Positions 17,578-26,881 of a stretch of DNA of 42,664 nt are shown here, piece after piece; the first letter of the stretch is position 1; each line of letters opens with the position of its first letter. The notes beneath the pieces were generated by a model, which searched no databases, was not told the origin of the DNA, and saw nothing but the letters and a program-made list of their open reading frames with translations. The DNA comes from an uncultured Candidatus Saccharibacteria bacterium (lineage in GTDB: Bacteria; Patescibacteriota; Saccharimonadia; Saccharimonadales; CAZARM01): positions 32,160 through 74,823 of the forward strand of contig CAZARM010000002.1 of NCBI GenBank assembly GCA_964487615.1, read 5' to 3'. The position numbers and the translations under genes were made by a program.

Positions 17578-18672
17578 TTAAACGACTTGCTTAATTGGCC
17601 AAGTCAGGGTTTTGAGGAGTATTGTAATTAGCCACACGGCTACCTCGACCAGACTAATGATATAGAGCAAGCTAGCAGCCAGCGGTGCCAGCAGTATAAG
17701 TCGTAATCGGCTAGCCGAGGGAATATAATCGCTGGAGCCAATGATTAAGATGAGCAACAACGAAACAGCTGCCCAGACCACGCCGTACCAAGCAGGCGTC
17801 TTTAAATAAAGAGCTAAATATAGCAAGTAGCTAGTAACGGCGCAGCCGCCTAGCCATACAATGCCCAGTAGCAAACGGCGTTGACGGGTGTGGCGCATTA
17901 TGAGACGTACGTATGATCGGGAAGCCCCACTATAAACACTGAGGTTGTCGGCGTAGTGCATACGCACACTTGATCGCCGGTTCATTTTTAGGAGCGCCCT
18001 TAAGCTGGAACGACGATAAGCCGCAGGCTTGCGCAAAACGCTTTTTGAACGCTTGTATGTCCAGGAGCGTCCTTTGTGTAATCTATGACATACAACATAT
18101 TCAAACCGCTGTAAGAGGTTTAGCAAGCTAGGTTCCGCGATAATCCGGCCACTGAACTCTAGACCTCCTGCGTCGTGCAAGGCAAATTGCTCTAACACGC
18201 CCTTTAGTAGCTGCTTATCGATTGTCTGTTCGGCTTCTAACACTACAATAATTTCCCCACGGGTGAACTGGAGAGCTCGTCCTAGCAACTGCTCTGTGGT
18301 GGAGACTTTTCGGCTGTTACTAAGTTTCAAGCTTACCTTGGGGTGGGCGATTTGCCACTGTTTGACAGACATTGAGGTGTTATCTTTGGATGCGTTGTTG
18401 AGGACCACAATATTGTATTTGCGGTACGATCCACGGTACATACTGTCTAGGCAGCGAGCAACGTCGGCTTCACTATTGTGGGCAATAATAACCACATCTA
18501 TCAGCGGTCGTTTGCGGAACTTGGCGGCATGTGGATGATCACGCAATGGACCAGATTTCTTAAAACTCTGAAGATCATACAAGCTACCACGCAGCAGATT
18601 TACGCCGGCGGTAAGCAAAGCAAGGCTTCCTAGACTAGCTAGTGCAAGGGCAGGTAGTGATTCAAACTGCAT
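17578..18672 (-). CDS. membrane GT2-like glycosyltransferase homologue with substituted acidic motifs
   Basis: N-terminal TM and GT-A layout (VVIIAHNSEADVARCLDSM..., LQRFEY, RQRR). NNAS replaces DDGS/DGS, LEAE replaces LDAD, and three to four TMs lie at the C-terminus. Overlaps the sortase stop by 11 nt. Confidence 0.65.
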   Translation of the reverse strand: MQFESLPALALASLGSLALLTAGVNLLRGSLYDLQSFKKSGPLRDHPHAAKFRKRPLIDVVIIAHNSEADVARCLDSMYRGSYRKYNIVVLNNASKDNTSMSVKQWQIAHPKVSLKLSNSRKVSTTEQLLGRALQFTRGEIIVVLEAEQTIDKQLLKGVLEQFALHDAGGLEFSGRIIAEPSLLNLLQRFEYVVCHRLHKGRSWTYKRSKSVLRKPAAYRRSSLRALLKMNRRSSVRMHYADNLSVYSGASRSYVRLIMRHTRQRRLLLGIVWLGGCAVTSYLLYLALYLKTPAWYGVVWAAVSLLLILIIGSSDYIPSASRLRLILLAPLAASLLYIISLVEVAVWLITILLKTLTWPIKQVV

Positions 18673-19288
18673 GGCCGTCCACTTGAGTCAAAGAAAAATG
18701 GAACAGTTTGCGTAGTTCAAAAAAACTGCCGGTGCAAGTCTGGATAGTTAACCGTGGTGGCCCCACGTAACTAAATACCGAAACATCGTTAGGTTTTAAG
18801 TCCTCCGCCGACGTAAATGTGTAGGTAAAGACGTGGCCATTGTCGGTTTTGATCTCGGCGATTCCGCCAGGCGTGATTTTCTTTAAATAATAAAACACTT
18901 TTGGATTGTAGTGGCCGTAAACAAGCGTGTTGCCATTGGAGTCGTTAGGCAGCGACGAAGGCATGGCAAAGTAGGCTTTGTCGCCTTTGAGCGTCCAGGT
19001 TCGGTTATCGGGGTTGTAGAACCCTTCTTCCAGTAATTTGTCTATCTTGAGCGATGGTATAACCACTTCGACTGGCTTGCCGGAGATGACCGGTTTTGCA
19101 GCTACAACCTTAGCGACGACGGGCGGTGGACTATAGGCCACCACGACAGCTGGTTTAGAGAAATAATTAGGCCGCAGCAAGTACCCGGCAAAAAGCAGCG
19201 TGAGCACGTAGAGTATGCTCACGCTGCCGTAGTACCTGATCTTTCGAAGTGGCATGGACTGCCTCTTGCGCATAGATTTCCTTACCAA
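18662..19288 (-). CDS. sortase (small, single N-terminal TM; class-F-like)
   Basis: Catalytic His context NTLVYGHYN, Cys context LTIQTCTGS and a downstream Arg (ELRK). The likely ATG is at 19273. Confidence 0.85.
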   Translation of the reverse strand: MVRKSMRKRQSMPLRKIRYYGSVSILYVLTLLFAGYLLRPNYFSKPAVVVAYSPPPVVAKVVAAKPVISGKPVEVVIPSLKIDKLLEEGFYNPDNRTWTLKGDKAYFAMPSSLPNDSNGNTLVYGHYNPKVFYYLKKITPGGIAEIKTDNGHVFTYTFTSAEDLKPNDVSVFSYVGPPRLTIQTCTGSFFELRKLFHFSLTQVDGHAV

Positions 19289-19311
19289 GCTTGAAGGGTA
19301 GCTACCCTAGC

Positions 19312-19854
19312 TTATTTCAGTGCGAAACGACGGTAGCCGCTTACTGCTACTTGAGCGCTAACAGCTACCAAGCTGATAGCGGCCACGCCGATTGCTAAGT
19401 CGCGAACAGTCTCGCTTGCGCCAGTCGCAGGCAGAGCTTTTACGCTAGCGGCACCTTGACCACCAGCTGGAGCTGGAGTAGCGGCTGTTGTGGAACCACC
19501 ACCTTGTCCACCTACTGGAGCTGCGGCAGCGGGTGCTGCAGCACAAAATTGTGATAGGTCAGTAGCGACTGCATTAACATTTGCGGTGTCCCCGCTAGTG
19601 GCGCTACCGCTAATGGTGTTGCCAGAAACATTAGCTGTGCCGCTGCTGGTAGTCTGGACGTTGCCATTGGCAACAGTGACGCCGTTAGCGCAAGTAACAG
19701 TCACAGTGTTGTTGGTGTTGTCGACGCAAGTATTTGTTGAGTTTGGCCCTGTATTGCTAAGGCTACAGGTGTTGGCGGCCTGAGCCCCAACTGTTGCTGT
19801 GCTGACACTTAGCAACAAGCTAAGAGCGGCCAGTCCTTTTAATAGTTTTTTCAT
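19312..19854 (-). CDS. LPXTG cell-wall-anchored protein carrying one 'NTGPNS' module
   Basis: AGGAGG Shine-Dalgarno and a signal peptide. Module SNTGPNSTNT...SGTANVSGNTISGSATSGDTANVN. C-terminal LPATG, a hydrophobic stretch, then RRFALK. Confidence 0.85.
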   Translation of the reverse strand: MKKLLKGLAALSLLLSVSTATVGAQAANTCSLSNTGPNSTNTCVDNTNNTVTVTCANGVTVANGNVQTTSSGTANVSGNTISGSATSGDTANVNAVATDLSQFCAAAPAAAAPVGGQGGGSTTAATPAPAGGQGAASVKALPATGASETVRDLAIGVAAISLVAVSAQVAVSGYRRFALK

Positions 19855-20008
19855 ACCTTATCCTCCTTATATTATTCTGGTGTGTTTGAGACCTACCACC
19901 GTCCGACCTCTAGACACTTCGTAATACAATAATTACATATAGATTACGTAAAGTAAATAATATGTTTTAGCATAAGCACCATGCATAGATACTGCTGAAG
20001 GCACTTTA

Positions 20009-20017
20009 TGTTATACT
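20009..20017 (+). promoter_or_regulatory. candidate extended -10 element for the tRNA
   Basis: TGtTATACT lies ~25 nt upstream of the tRNA 5' end. No clear -35 element. Confidence 0.3.
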
Positions 20018-20042
20018 CCCCTCTGTTAACTACCGATATTTG

Positions 20043-20118
20043 GGGGGTGTAGCTCAGTGGTCAGAGCAGCGGGCTCATAACCTGTTGGTCGTAGGTTCAA
20101 TCCCTACCACCCCCACCA
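20043..20118 (+). tRNA. tRNA with CAT anticodon (elongator Met or lysidine-modified Ile2)
   Basis: 76-nt cloverleaf folded by hand: GGGGGTG / CACCCCC acceptor, GCTC/GAGC D-stem, anticodon loop CTCATAA, GTAGG TTCAATC CCTAC T-arm, encoded CCA. G1-C72 is paired, so it is not an initiator. Confidence 0.9.
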
Positions 20119-20188
20119 ACTATCTTGACTTCAGATATTATTTTTCTTTACTGTGCGGCTGTGAAACCGTTACCATGAAGGGACGATA

Positions 20189-22867
20189 ATGAAATGGTAC
20201 CAACAAACTCCTGAGGCGGCACTTCAACAACTTGGCGTAACCGCCTCTGGCTTAAGCTCTAGCGAGGCCAAAAAACGGCTTACTGAGTATGGCTCAAATC
20301 AGCTTCACGCTGGTAAGAAGCTAAATCCCCTTAAGATTCTACTCAGCCAGTTTCAAGACGTCTTGATTATTATCCTGCTGATTGCTGCAGCCGTATCATT
20401 TTGTTTGGGCGTCGTAGAAGAGGGTGCCAGCACAAAAGAGTCCATATTAATCATAACTATTGTGGTGGCGATTGCAGTAGTTGGGTTTTTCAATGAATAC
20501 AAGGCCGAGAAAACGGTAGAAGCGCTCAAGCAGCTAGTAGCCTTCAAGGCCCGTGTTCGCCGTGACGGCAAAGCTGTAGAAGTTGACACCATGGACTTGG
20601 TTCCGGGTGACATCGTGACATTAGAAGCCGGTCAAAAAATACCAGCCGATATTCGAATCCTTGACTCAAGTCAACTAGAGGTAAACGAAGCCTCGCTAAC
20701 CGGAGAATCGCTGCCGGTGTCTAAGACGAACCAGGCTTTGACTCAAGAACTAAGCTTGGGCGATCAAAAAAACATGCTGTTTGCCGGAACTTTTATTTCC
20801 GGTGGTAGCTGCACGGGCTTGGTCGTGGAGTCCGGACAAAAAACAGAATTAGGCAAAATTGCTGAACTAGTTGAGGGCGTCGAAAAGGAAGCTACGCCAA
20901 TGCAGATCAAACTGGATGACCTGGGCCGGCGCTTGGGGTATTTCATCACCATCATCTGCGTTGTGGTCTTTGGCATTGTCTTTGTCTTTGTGCATCAGGA
21001 TGGTGATCAGAGTCTGATCCATCGCCTGGTTTTTGCATTTACGGTAGCGGTAGCACTGGCAGTCGCTGCTATTCCAGAAGGTCTGGCCTTTGTAGTGCGG
21101 ATTTCTCTGGCCCTAGGCGCCCGGCGCATGGCCGGCAAGAACGCCCTAGTGCGCAAGTTGTCCGCCGTAGAAGCGTTGGGATCAACCGATATTATTTGTA
21201 CTGATAAAACGGGCACACTGACAAAGGGCGAAATGACGGTCCGCAGCCTATACGTCAACGGCCAAACCGGTGCAGCTAGCGGCAGTGGTTATGAGCTCCA
21301 CGGCACGCTGGAATTTACCACACCGCCACCCAGCCTTAACCACCTACTCGAGCTTGGCGTGCTCTGCAATAATGCTAGTCTACATAAAGATGGGATATTG
21401 GGGGATCCGACGGAGGGTGCCTTTCACGTTTCGGCTGGCAAGGCTGGCCTGAGCAAAGCTGAGCTCGCGAAACGATACCCCCGGGCACGGGAAGTTCCTT
21501 TTAGCTCAGAACGCAAGCTTATGAGCACAGTTCATAAGTCTAGCCAGGGCTACCTGGTAGCAACCAAAGGCGCCGTGGAAATGACGCTGGAGCGCTGCAG
21601 CAACTTCCTGGACGCCAGTGGACAAATCCGGCCTATAACCCACGCGTTTAAAAAAGAGGTTTTACTAAAGAACCAAGAATTCGCTAAACAAACACTGCGG
21701 GTAATTGCCTTTGCCTCCAAGCTGGTTAAAGCCGAGCCAAAAGTTGGGTCAGAAATTGAAGCCGATCTAACGTTTGTAGGTCTGCAGGCCATGATGGACC
21801 CCCCACGGCCAGAGGTGGTCGAAGTAATCCACCGCGTCACCACCGAAGCTGGCATGAGGGTAATCATGATCACCGGTGATTATATTGAGACCGCCAAAGC
21901 CATAGCCAAAGAAATTGGGCTGAAAGGGGCAGCTATTTCCGGCGTGGAGTTAGATAAAATGACTCAACCAGAATTTGAGAAGTGCGTGGAGGACATCAGC
22001 GTCTACGCTCGAGTTAACCCGGAGCATAAGATCCGTATTGTCCAGGCGCTTAAAAAACGCGGCCACCAGGTGGCCATGACCGGCGATGGTGTCAACGACG
22101 CGCCAGCAATCAAAGCCGCCGACATTGGCATTGCCATGGGCATTACTGGTACCGACGTTGCCAAAGAAGCAGCCGATATGATTTTGCTGGACGACAAGTT
22201 CCTGACCATCATTAACGCCATCGAAGAAGGCCGGGGCATCTTTGATAACGTCCGCAAATTTGTAAACTTCCTAATCAGCTGCAACATCGCGGAAGTTATC
22301 ACTGTCGTCTTGGGTATCGTGCTGTTCAAAGATCTCATGCTGACCGCTGCCCAACTGTTGTTTATCAACATCGTAACTGATGGTCTACCAGCAATAGCAT
22401 TAGGCTCTGATCCGGCTCAGTCTGATGTTTTGCAGTCTAAACCAAAACGGTTCCAGGGCGCCATTGTGTCTAAGCGTATTTGGGCAGAGATATTTATATT
22501 TGGCTCGCTGATGAGCGTTGCGCTGGTCAGTCAGTTCTGGTTTGATCATACCCACGAGAGTCGCTTTGCGGCTGTGTCAGCCGTATTCACGGCCATGGTA
22601 GTCTACGAGATTGTTCGACTTATTGATATCCGTACCGATTACAAAATTCGCTGGTTCTCCAATCCTTGGTTAAGTGTGGCGATTGCTTCTTCGCTGATTC
22701 TTCAGGTAGCCGTACTATATGTGGACAGTCTGGCCCACTATTTTGACGTTGGTCCACTGAAGGCCCATGACCTAGTGATTATGGCCGTTGGCTCGGCTTC
22801 CCTAATCGTAATTATGAAGTTGCTTAATCCAGTCCTGGACCGCAAGCTGGGGCCGGAGCTTTCATGA
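20189..22867 (+). CDS. P-type ATPase, Ca2+-transporting (type IIA/SERCA-PMCA-like)
   Basis: TGES, ICTDKTGTLT, MITGD and MTGDGVNDAPAIKAADIGIAMG motifs. Ten-TM layout, 892 aa. Confidence 0.9.
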   Translation: MKWYQQTPEAALQQLGVTASGLSSSEAKKRLTEYGSNQLHAGKKLNPLKILLSQFQDVLIIILLIAAAVSFCLGVVEEGASTKESILIITIVVAIAVVGFFNEYKAEKTVEALKQLVAFKARVRRDGKAVEVDTMDLVPGDIVTLEAGQKIPADIRILDSSQLEVNEASLTGESLPVSKTNQALTQELSLGDQKNMLFAGTFISGGSCTGLVVESGQKTELGKIAELVEGVEKEATPMQIKLDDLGRRLGYFITIICVVVFGIVFVFVHQDGDQSLIHRLVFAFTVAVALAVAAIPEGLAFVVRISLALGARRMAGKNALVRKLSAVEALGSTDIICTDKTGTLTKGEMTVRSLYVNGQTGAASGSGYELHGTLEFTTPPPSLNHLLELGVLCNNASLHKDGILGDPTEGAFHVSAGKAGLSKAELAKRYPRAREVPFSSERKLMSTVHKSSQGYLVATKGAVEMTLERCSNFLDASGQIRPITHAFKKEVLLKNQEFAKQTLRVIAFASKLVKAEPKVGSEIEADLTFVGLQAMMDPPRPEVVEVIHRVTTEAGMRVIMITGDYIETAKAIAKEIGLKGAAISGVELDKMTQPEFEKCVEDISVYARVNPEHKIRIVQALKKRGHQVAMTGDGVNDAPAIKAADIGIAMGITGTDVAKEAADMILLDDKFLTIINAIEEGRGIFDNVRKFVNFLISCNIAEVITVVLGIVLFKDLMLTAAQLLFINIVTDGLPAIALGSDPAQSDVLQSKPKRFQGAIVSKRIWAEIFIFGSLMSVALVSQFWFDHTHESRFAAVSAVFTAMVVYEIVRLIDIRTDYKIRWFSNPWLSVAIASSLILQVAVLYVDSLAHYFDVGPLKAHDLVIMAVGSASLIVIMKLLNPVLDRKLGPELS

Positions 22868-22902
22868 CCACTCTCAACTAGCGTATAATTTGAAGCGCAA
22901 TT

Positions 22903-23355
22903 ATGCTCGGAAAAATAAAGAAGCCGGATTACCAAAAACACGTTGCTCAACTGCGAGATGTGCGCATGATTGGCTTGTTGGCGTTTGGCGTAGTCGTAAT
23001 TCTAGTAACCTGGAGTGCTATTACAGTTGTACAGACTAACTACGTTCTTCAGAAGCAAATCTCCAAACTAGAACAAGAAGTTGATTTGCACGCCCTAGAA
23101 AACAGCAATCTGAAACTTAAGAACCAATATTTTGATACCGACCAATATCTAGAACTTCAGGCCCGTCGTCAATTCGGCAAGGCAATGGACGGAGAGAAGA
23201 TGCTGATTGTACCCAAGAGTGTTGCTTTGGCTCACACGGTTGATTTAAAAGACCAGGTTGCCGATGCCGCGCATCCACCAGAAATCAAGAAGCCATTTTA
23301 TCAAGCCAACTTTGAAGCCTGGATGGACTTTCTATTCCGGCGCAAAGTCACCTGA
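22903..23355 (+). CDS. septum formation initiator family protein (FtsB/DivIC-like)
   Basis: Single TM followed by a leucine-zipper-like coiled coil (LQKQISKLEQEVDLHALENSNLKLKNQ) and the ...YLELQARRQFG motif. Confidence 0.6.
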   Translation: MLGKIKKPDYQKHVAQLRDVRMIGLLAFGVVVILVTWSAITVVQTNYVLQKQISKLEQEVDLHALENSNLKLKNQYFDTDQYLELQARRQFGKAMDGEKMLIVPKSVALAHTVDLKDQVADAAHPPEIKKPFYQANFEAWMDFLFRRKVT

Positions 23356-23360
23356 AATTT

Positions 23361-23876
23361 CTACAGCAGAGCTTCGGCAACCAAGAAAAATATCAACACA
23401 CTGAACAAATTCTGAACCACTGTGGCAATTGGGCCGCTGGCCTCGGCCGGATCGTCATGCAGGCGCCAGAAGAGGTATGGTATGAGCGCCCCGGTAAGTG
23501 GTGACGACAAGATACCACAAAACAGCGAGACCCCGATCACCATTCCTATATCTTGGGAACCGGTGATTAGAGTGGTTGCTATCGCGGCTACCGTTCCGAT
23601 CACCAAGCCCACACTTAGTACAATGACCAGTTGTCGCTTCAGGAACCCCCGGAAGCTAAAATTAACCTTTTTACTTAACTGACGAATGATAATAGCTTCC
23701 ATTTGGGTGCCAACGGCGTCACTCATGTAAACCACCAATGGAATGAAGCTGGCCAGGATCAGATTTTTCTCCAGGGTGCTTTCAAAGCTCCGGATAACTT
23801 GGGCTATACCCAAGCTTAAGCACAAGCCCAGTAATAGCCATGTTAATCTAGTTTTAATTTCTTTAGCGTATGGCAT
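23361..23876 (-). CDS. MgtE-family divalent-cation channel, transmembrane domain only
   Basis: ASFIPLVVYMSDAVGTQMEAIIIRQL and DDPAEASGPIATVVQNLFSVLIFF match the MgtE TM domain. No N-terminal or CBS domains (171 aa). Confidence 0.7.
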   Translation of the reverse strand: MPYAKEIKTRLTWLLLGLCLSLGIAQVIRSFESTLEKNLILASFIPLVVYMSDAVGTQMEAIIIRQLSKKVNFSFRGFLKRQLVIVLSVGLVIGTVAAIATTLITGSQDIGMVIGVSLFCGILSSPLTGALIPYLFWRLHDDPAEASGPIATVVQNLFSVLIFFLVAEALL

Positions 23877-23910
23877 TGATAGCTATGATTATACTCGAGC
23901 GGGGCTGTTT

Positions 23911-24348
23911 TTAGGGTAGACAAACCCCGAGCAGGCAGATAATTGGTTGCGCTGTTGCCGGCGGAGTAGACGCCGGACTGGATGCAGCTTGGCTGGCGGT
24001 TTGGGCTGTGTCCGTGGGCGTTTGCGGCGGTGCAGCCGGGGAAGTGTTTGGCTGGCTGGAAGTTTTAGGTTCAGTTTTGGGTGAAGCTAGGGCCGAAGCT
24101 GGGGTAGAAGCGGTTGGTGGCGTTGACGACCTGGTTACGGTAGCGCCGGCGGTTACGCCAGCCTCAGTAGGAGTGCTGACTACACTTTCTGTTGCCAAAT
24201 TGATACTGTCGTACTGGGTGACCATCAAGCTTTGGTAATACCTAGCGCCGACGTACCCTAGGGCAACTAGTAATATTGCAATAATCAATAGCGGCACAGA
24301 ATCAACAATTTGTTTTTGTGTAATAGTACTCTCGTCGCTTACGGCCAT
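23911..24348 (-). CDS. membrane-anchored Ser/Thr/Pro-rich protein, unknown function
   Basis: The ATG at 24348 avoids overlap with mgtA. One TM (VPLLIIAILLVALGYVGA) then low-complexity T/S/P/A sequence. Confidence 0.45.
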   Translation of the reverse strand: MAVSDESTITQKQIVDSVPLLIIAILLVALGYVGARYYQSLMVTQYDSINLATESVVSTPTEAGVTAGATVTRSSTPPTASTPASALASPKTEPKTSSQPNTSPAAPPQTPTDTAQTASQAASSPASTPPATAQPIICLLGVCLP

Positions 24349-24382
24349 CGATACCCATTGTACCTGAATTTTGTTTTGGCTT

Positions 24383-26797
24383 CTAACTGGCATACAGCTT
24401 TTTCTTGATCGCCTGGGCGCAAAGTAGGTAGGCAATCAGTACGCCCGCCAAGGCAGCCATCTGAGCCGGTATAAGTAGGCCAAAATGAAACACATTGCGG
24501 ATAGGCGTTAGCACAACTACTAGTGCAATCAGTGCCACCGTCAGTGTGCTGACCACAAGCAGGACTGCTGGCTTGCTCTCTTTGAACGGCACGAGACGAG
24601 TACGGATGACATAGACTACGAAAATCTGGGTAAAGATCGACTCCAGGAACCAGCCCGACTGGAACACTGACTCATGAGCATGGAAGATAAGCAGCAAAAT
24701 ACCAAATGTCGTAAAGTCAAAAACCGAGCTAAGCAGCCCGTAAGACCACATGAAACGCTTGATATGCGCTATGCTCAGCTTATGAGGCTGAAGTATTTCT
24801 GAGAGGTCGACATTATCCAGCGGTATGGCTAGCTGGGAGCCATCATAGAGCAGGTTATTCAGCAGAATCTGGGTAGCTAACATCGGCAAAAACGGCAGGA
24901 ACAGCGAAGCGCCGGCCATAGATAGCATATTACCAAAGTTAGAACTCAAGCTCATACGCAAATATTTCATGGTGTTAGCAAAGGTCTTGCGGCCCTCTAC
25001 AATCCCATTGGTCAGTTCATGCAGACTTTTGCGCAGCAAGATAAAGTCAGCCGCGTCCTTAGCCACATCGACGGCGTTATTAACCGATATACCCACGTCA
25101 GCCGCTCGGAGGCTAGGGGCGTCATTTATGCCATCTCCCATGTACCCCACGACATGTCCGTTTTGCTGCAAGGCTTCGATAATCTGCATCTTTTGTTCCG
25201 GGTTGACGCGAGCAAAGACGGTGGTGTGTTCCACGACTTTCAGAAGCTCGGTCTGGGAAAGTTTGGTCAGTTCGTCCCCGGTCAATGTATGTTCGATCTG
25301 TAGCCCAATGTCCGCCGCTATCTTTTGAGTCACGTAGGCGTTATCACCAGTAATGATCTTGATACCAATACCCATGCTATCCATCAGCTTAAGGGTATCG
25401 GAGACCGACGCCTTGGCGGGGTCTAGGAATGCCAAGAAACCGTGAAACGACAGACCTTTCTCGTCGCTCAATTGGTAGTGGGCCTCTGGGCCAATTTCCT
25501 TGCTAGCAATGGCTAACACACGGAACCCGTTGCGACTAAGCTCGTCGTAGGTTTTCTGAATTGAAGTGCGTTTCAAAGGAGTTAGGTGGGTCTTGGATGA
25601 GTTATAGCTGTCCGAAATTTTAAGCACTTCCTCCGGCGCACCCTTAACAATTAGAAACCTTTGCTTTTGGTGAGTGTGCACTACCACTGCTTCGCGCTTG
25701 CGCTCAAAATCAAAGGGGATCTCGTCCACCTTCAGGTAAGCCGATATATCAACGCCCTTGTGGGCTTCAACTGCGGTATCCAGTGGATTCTGGAAAGACG
25801 TAGAAAATGTGCTGGCCAAATACCCCAGCAGTAGCACTTGGTCGGAGCTGTTGTTTTCTCCGTCGACGTACTTTACCAACACAATCTTGTCCTCTGTCAG
25901 GGTGCCAGTTTTGTCAGTGCATAGTACGTCCATGCTGCCAAAATTTTGGACAGCCGATAACTGCTTGACGATGACGCCTTCTTTTGCCATTTTGAGTGAA
26001 CCTTTAGTCAGATTCAGCGTAATAATTAGTGGCAGTAGTTCTGGCGTCAGCCCCACTGCTAGCGCCAAACTAAAAAGTAATGACTGCAGAATGTCGCGGT
26101 GGAAGAAGATATTAATCCCAAACACCAACACCACCAGTACAAAGGTGATCTTGACTATCAACAGACTGAACTCCTTGATTTCACGCTCAAACTCTGTAGC
26201 TCGCTTGGTAGATTGCAGGGCTGCAGCAATGTGGCTGAACTTGGTATTTTTCCCAGTTTCGGTCACCCGCATCAGCCCCTCGCCGCTAACAACGCCGCCG
26301 CCCATGAATACTTGGGCATTGATCGGTTTGGCTTGAGGGAATGATTCGCCCGTCAGGGCTGCCTCGTTAGTGAATAAATCAGTACCTTCTACCATTACGC
26401 CATCAGCTGGTACAATCTTGCCCGCCGACAGCATGACAATATCGCCCGGCACTAGCTCACTTACTGGGACCAAGTGAGTTTCAGATTCCCGGACAACGTG
26501 GGCCTTGACCCGGACCCTGTCTTTCAGGGCATCAGCCGCTTGCTGGGACCGGAAAGTATTGAGGAAGTCCAAACCAACGCTCAGTAGGACTATGGTAACG
26601 ATAATGAAGAAGCTGACTTTGTCACCAAAGAACAGCGACAAACAAGCCGCCAGCAACAGAATGATCACTAGCGGACTTTTAAAGCGCGCCAAAAAAGCCA
26701 ACAGCGCTTTGTTGTGGCCAGTTTCTTCTTGGACGACGTTTGGTCCATAGGTTTGCTGCAAGTGTTTGATTTCAGAAAACGAGAGGCCGCTTAGCAT
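24383..26797 (-). CDS. mgtA: P-type ATPase, Mg2+-importing MgtA-like (type IIIB)
   Basis: LTGES, LCTDKTGTLTEDKI, ITGDN and MGDGINDAPSLRAADVGISV are typical of MgtA/MgtB. Confidence 0.8.
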   Translation of the reverse strand: MLSGLSFSEIKHLQQTYGPNVVQEETGHNKALLAFLARFKSPLVIILLLAACLSLFFGDKVSFFIIVTIVLLSVGLDFLNTFRSQQAADALKDRVRVKAHVVRESETHLVPVSELVPGDIVMLSAGKIVPADGVMVEGTDLFTNEAALTGESFPQAKPINAQVFMGGGVVSGEGLMRVTETGKNTKFSHIAAALQSTKRATEFEREIKEFSLLIVKITFVLVVLVFGINIFFHRDILQSLLFSLALAVGLTPELLPLIITLNLTKGSLKMAKEGVIVKQLSAVQNFGSMDVLCTDKTGTLTEDKIVLVKYVDGENNSSDQVLLLGYLASTFSTSFQNPLDTAVEAHKGVDISAYLKVDEIPFDFERKREAVVVHTHQKQRFLIVKGAPEEVLKISDSYNSSKTHLTPLKRTSIQKTYDELSRNGFRVLAIASKEIGPEAHYQLSDEKGLSFHGFLAFLDPAKASVSDTLKLMDSMGIGIKIITGDNAYVTQKIAADIGLQIEHTLTGDELTKLSQTELLKVVEHTTVFARVNPEQKMQIIEALQQNGHVVGYMGDGINDAPSLRAADVGISVNNAVDVAKDAADFILLRKSLHELTNGIVEGRKTFANTMKYLRMSLSSNFGNMLSMAGASLFLPFLPMLATQILLNNLLYDGSQLAIPLDNVDLSEILQPHKLSIAHIKRFMWSYGLLSSVFDFTTFGILLLIFHAHESVFQSGWFLESIFTQIFVVYVIRTRLVPFKESKPAVLLVVSTLTVALIALVVVLTPIRNVFHFGLLIPAQMAALAGVLIAYLLCAQAIKKKLYAS

Positions 26798-26881
26798 AAG
26801 GGTATTTTAGCGTAAATCACCACTACTGTCTCATCAAGGAAGAAGTGGCATCAGAATGTTGCTCATCAAGAGAGGTACCTT

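Noticed and set aside
26798-26881. Mg2+ (M-box) riboswitch upstream of mgtA or the MgtE-like gene
   Set aside because: The upstream gaps (84 nt and 34 nt) are far shorter than an M-box aptamer, and no conserved M-box segments were recognised.
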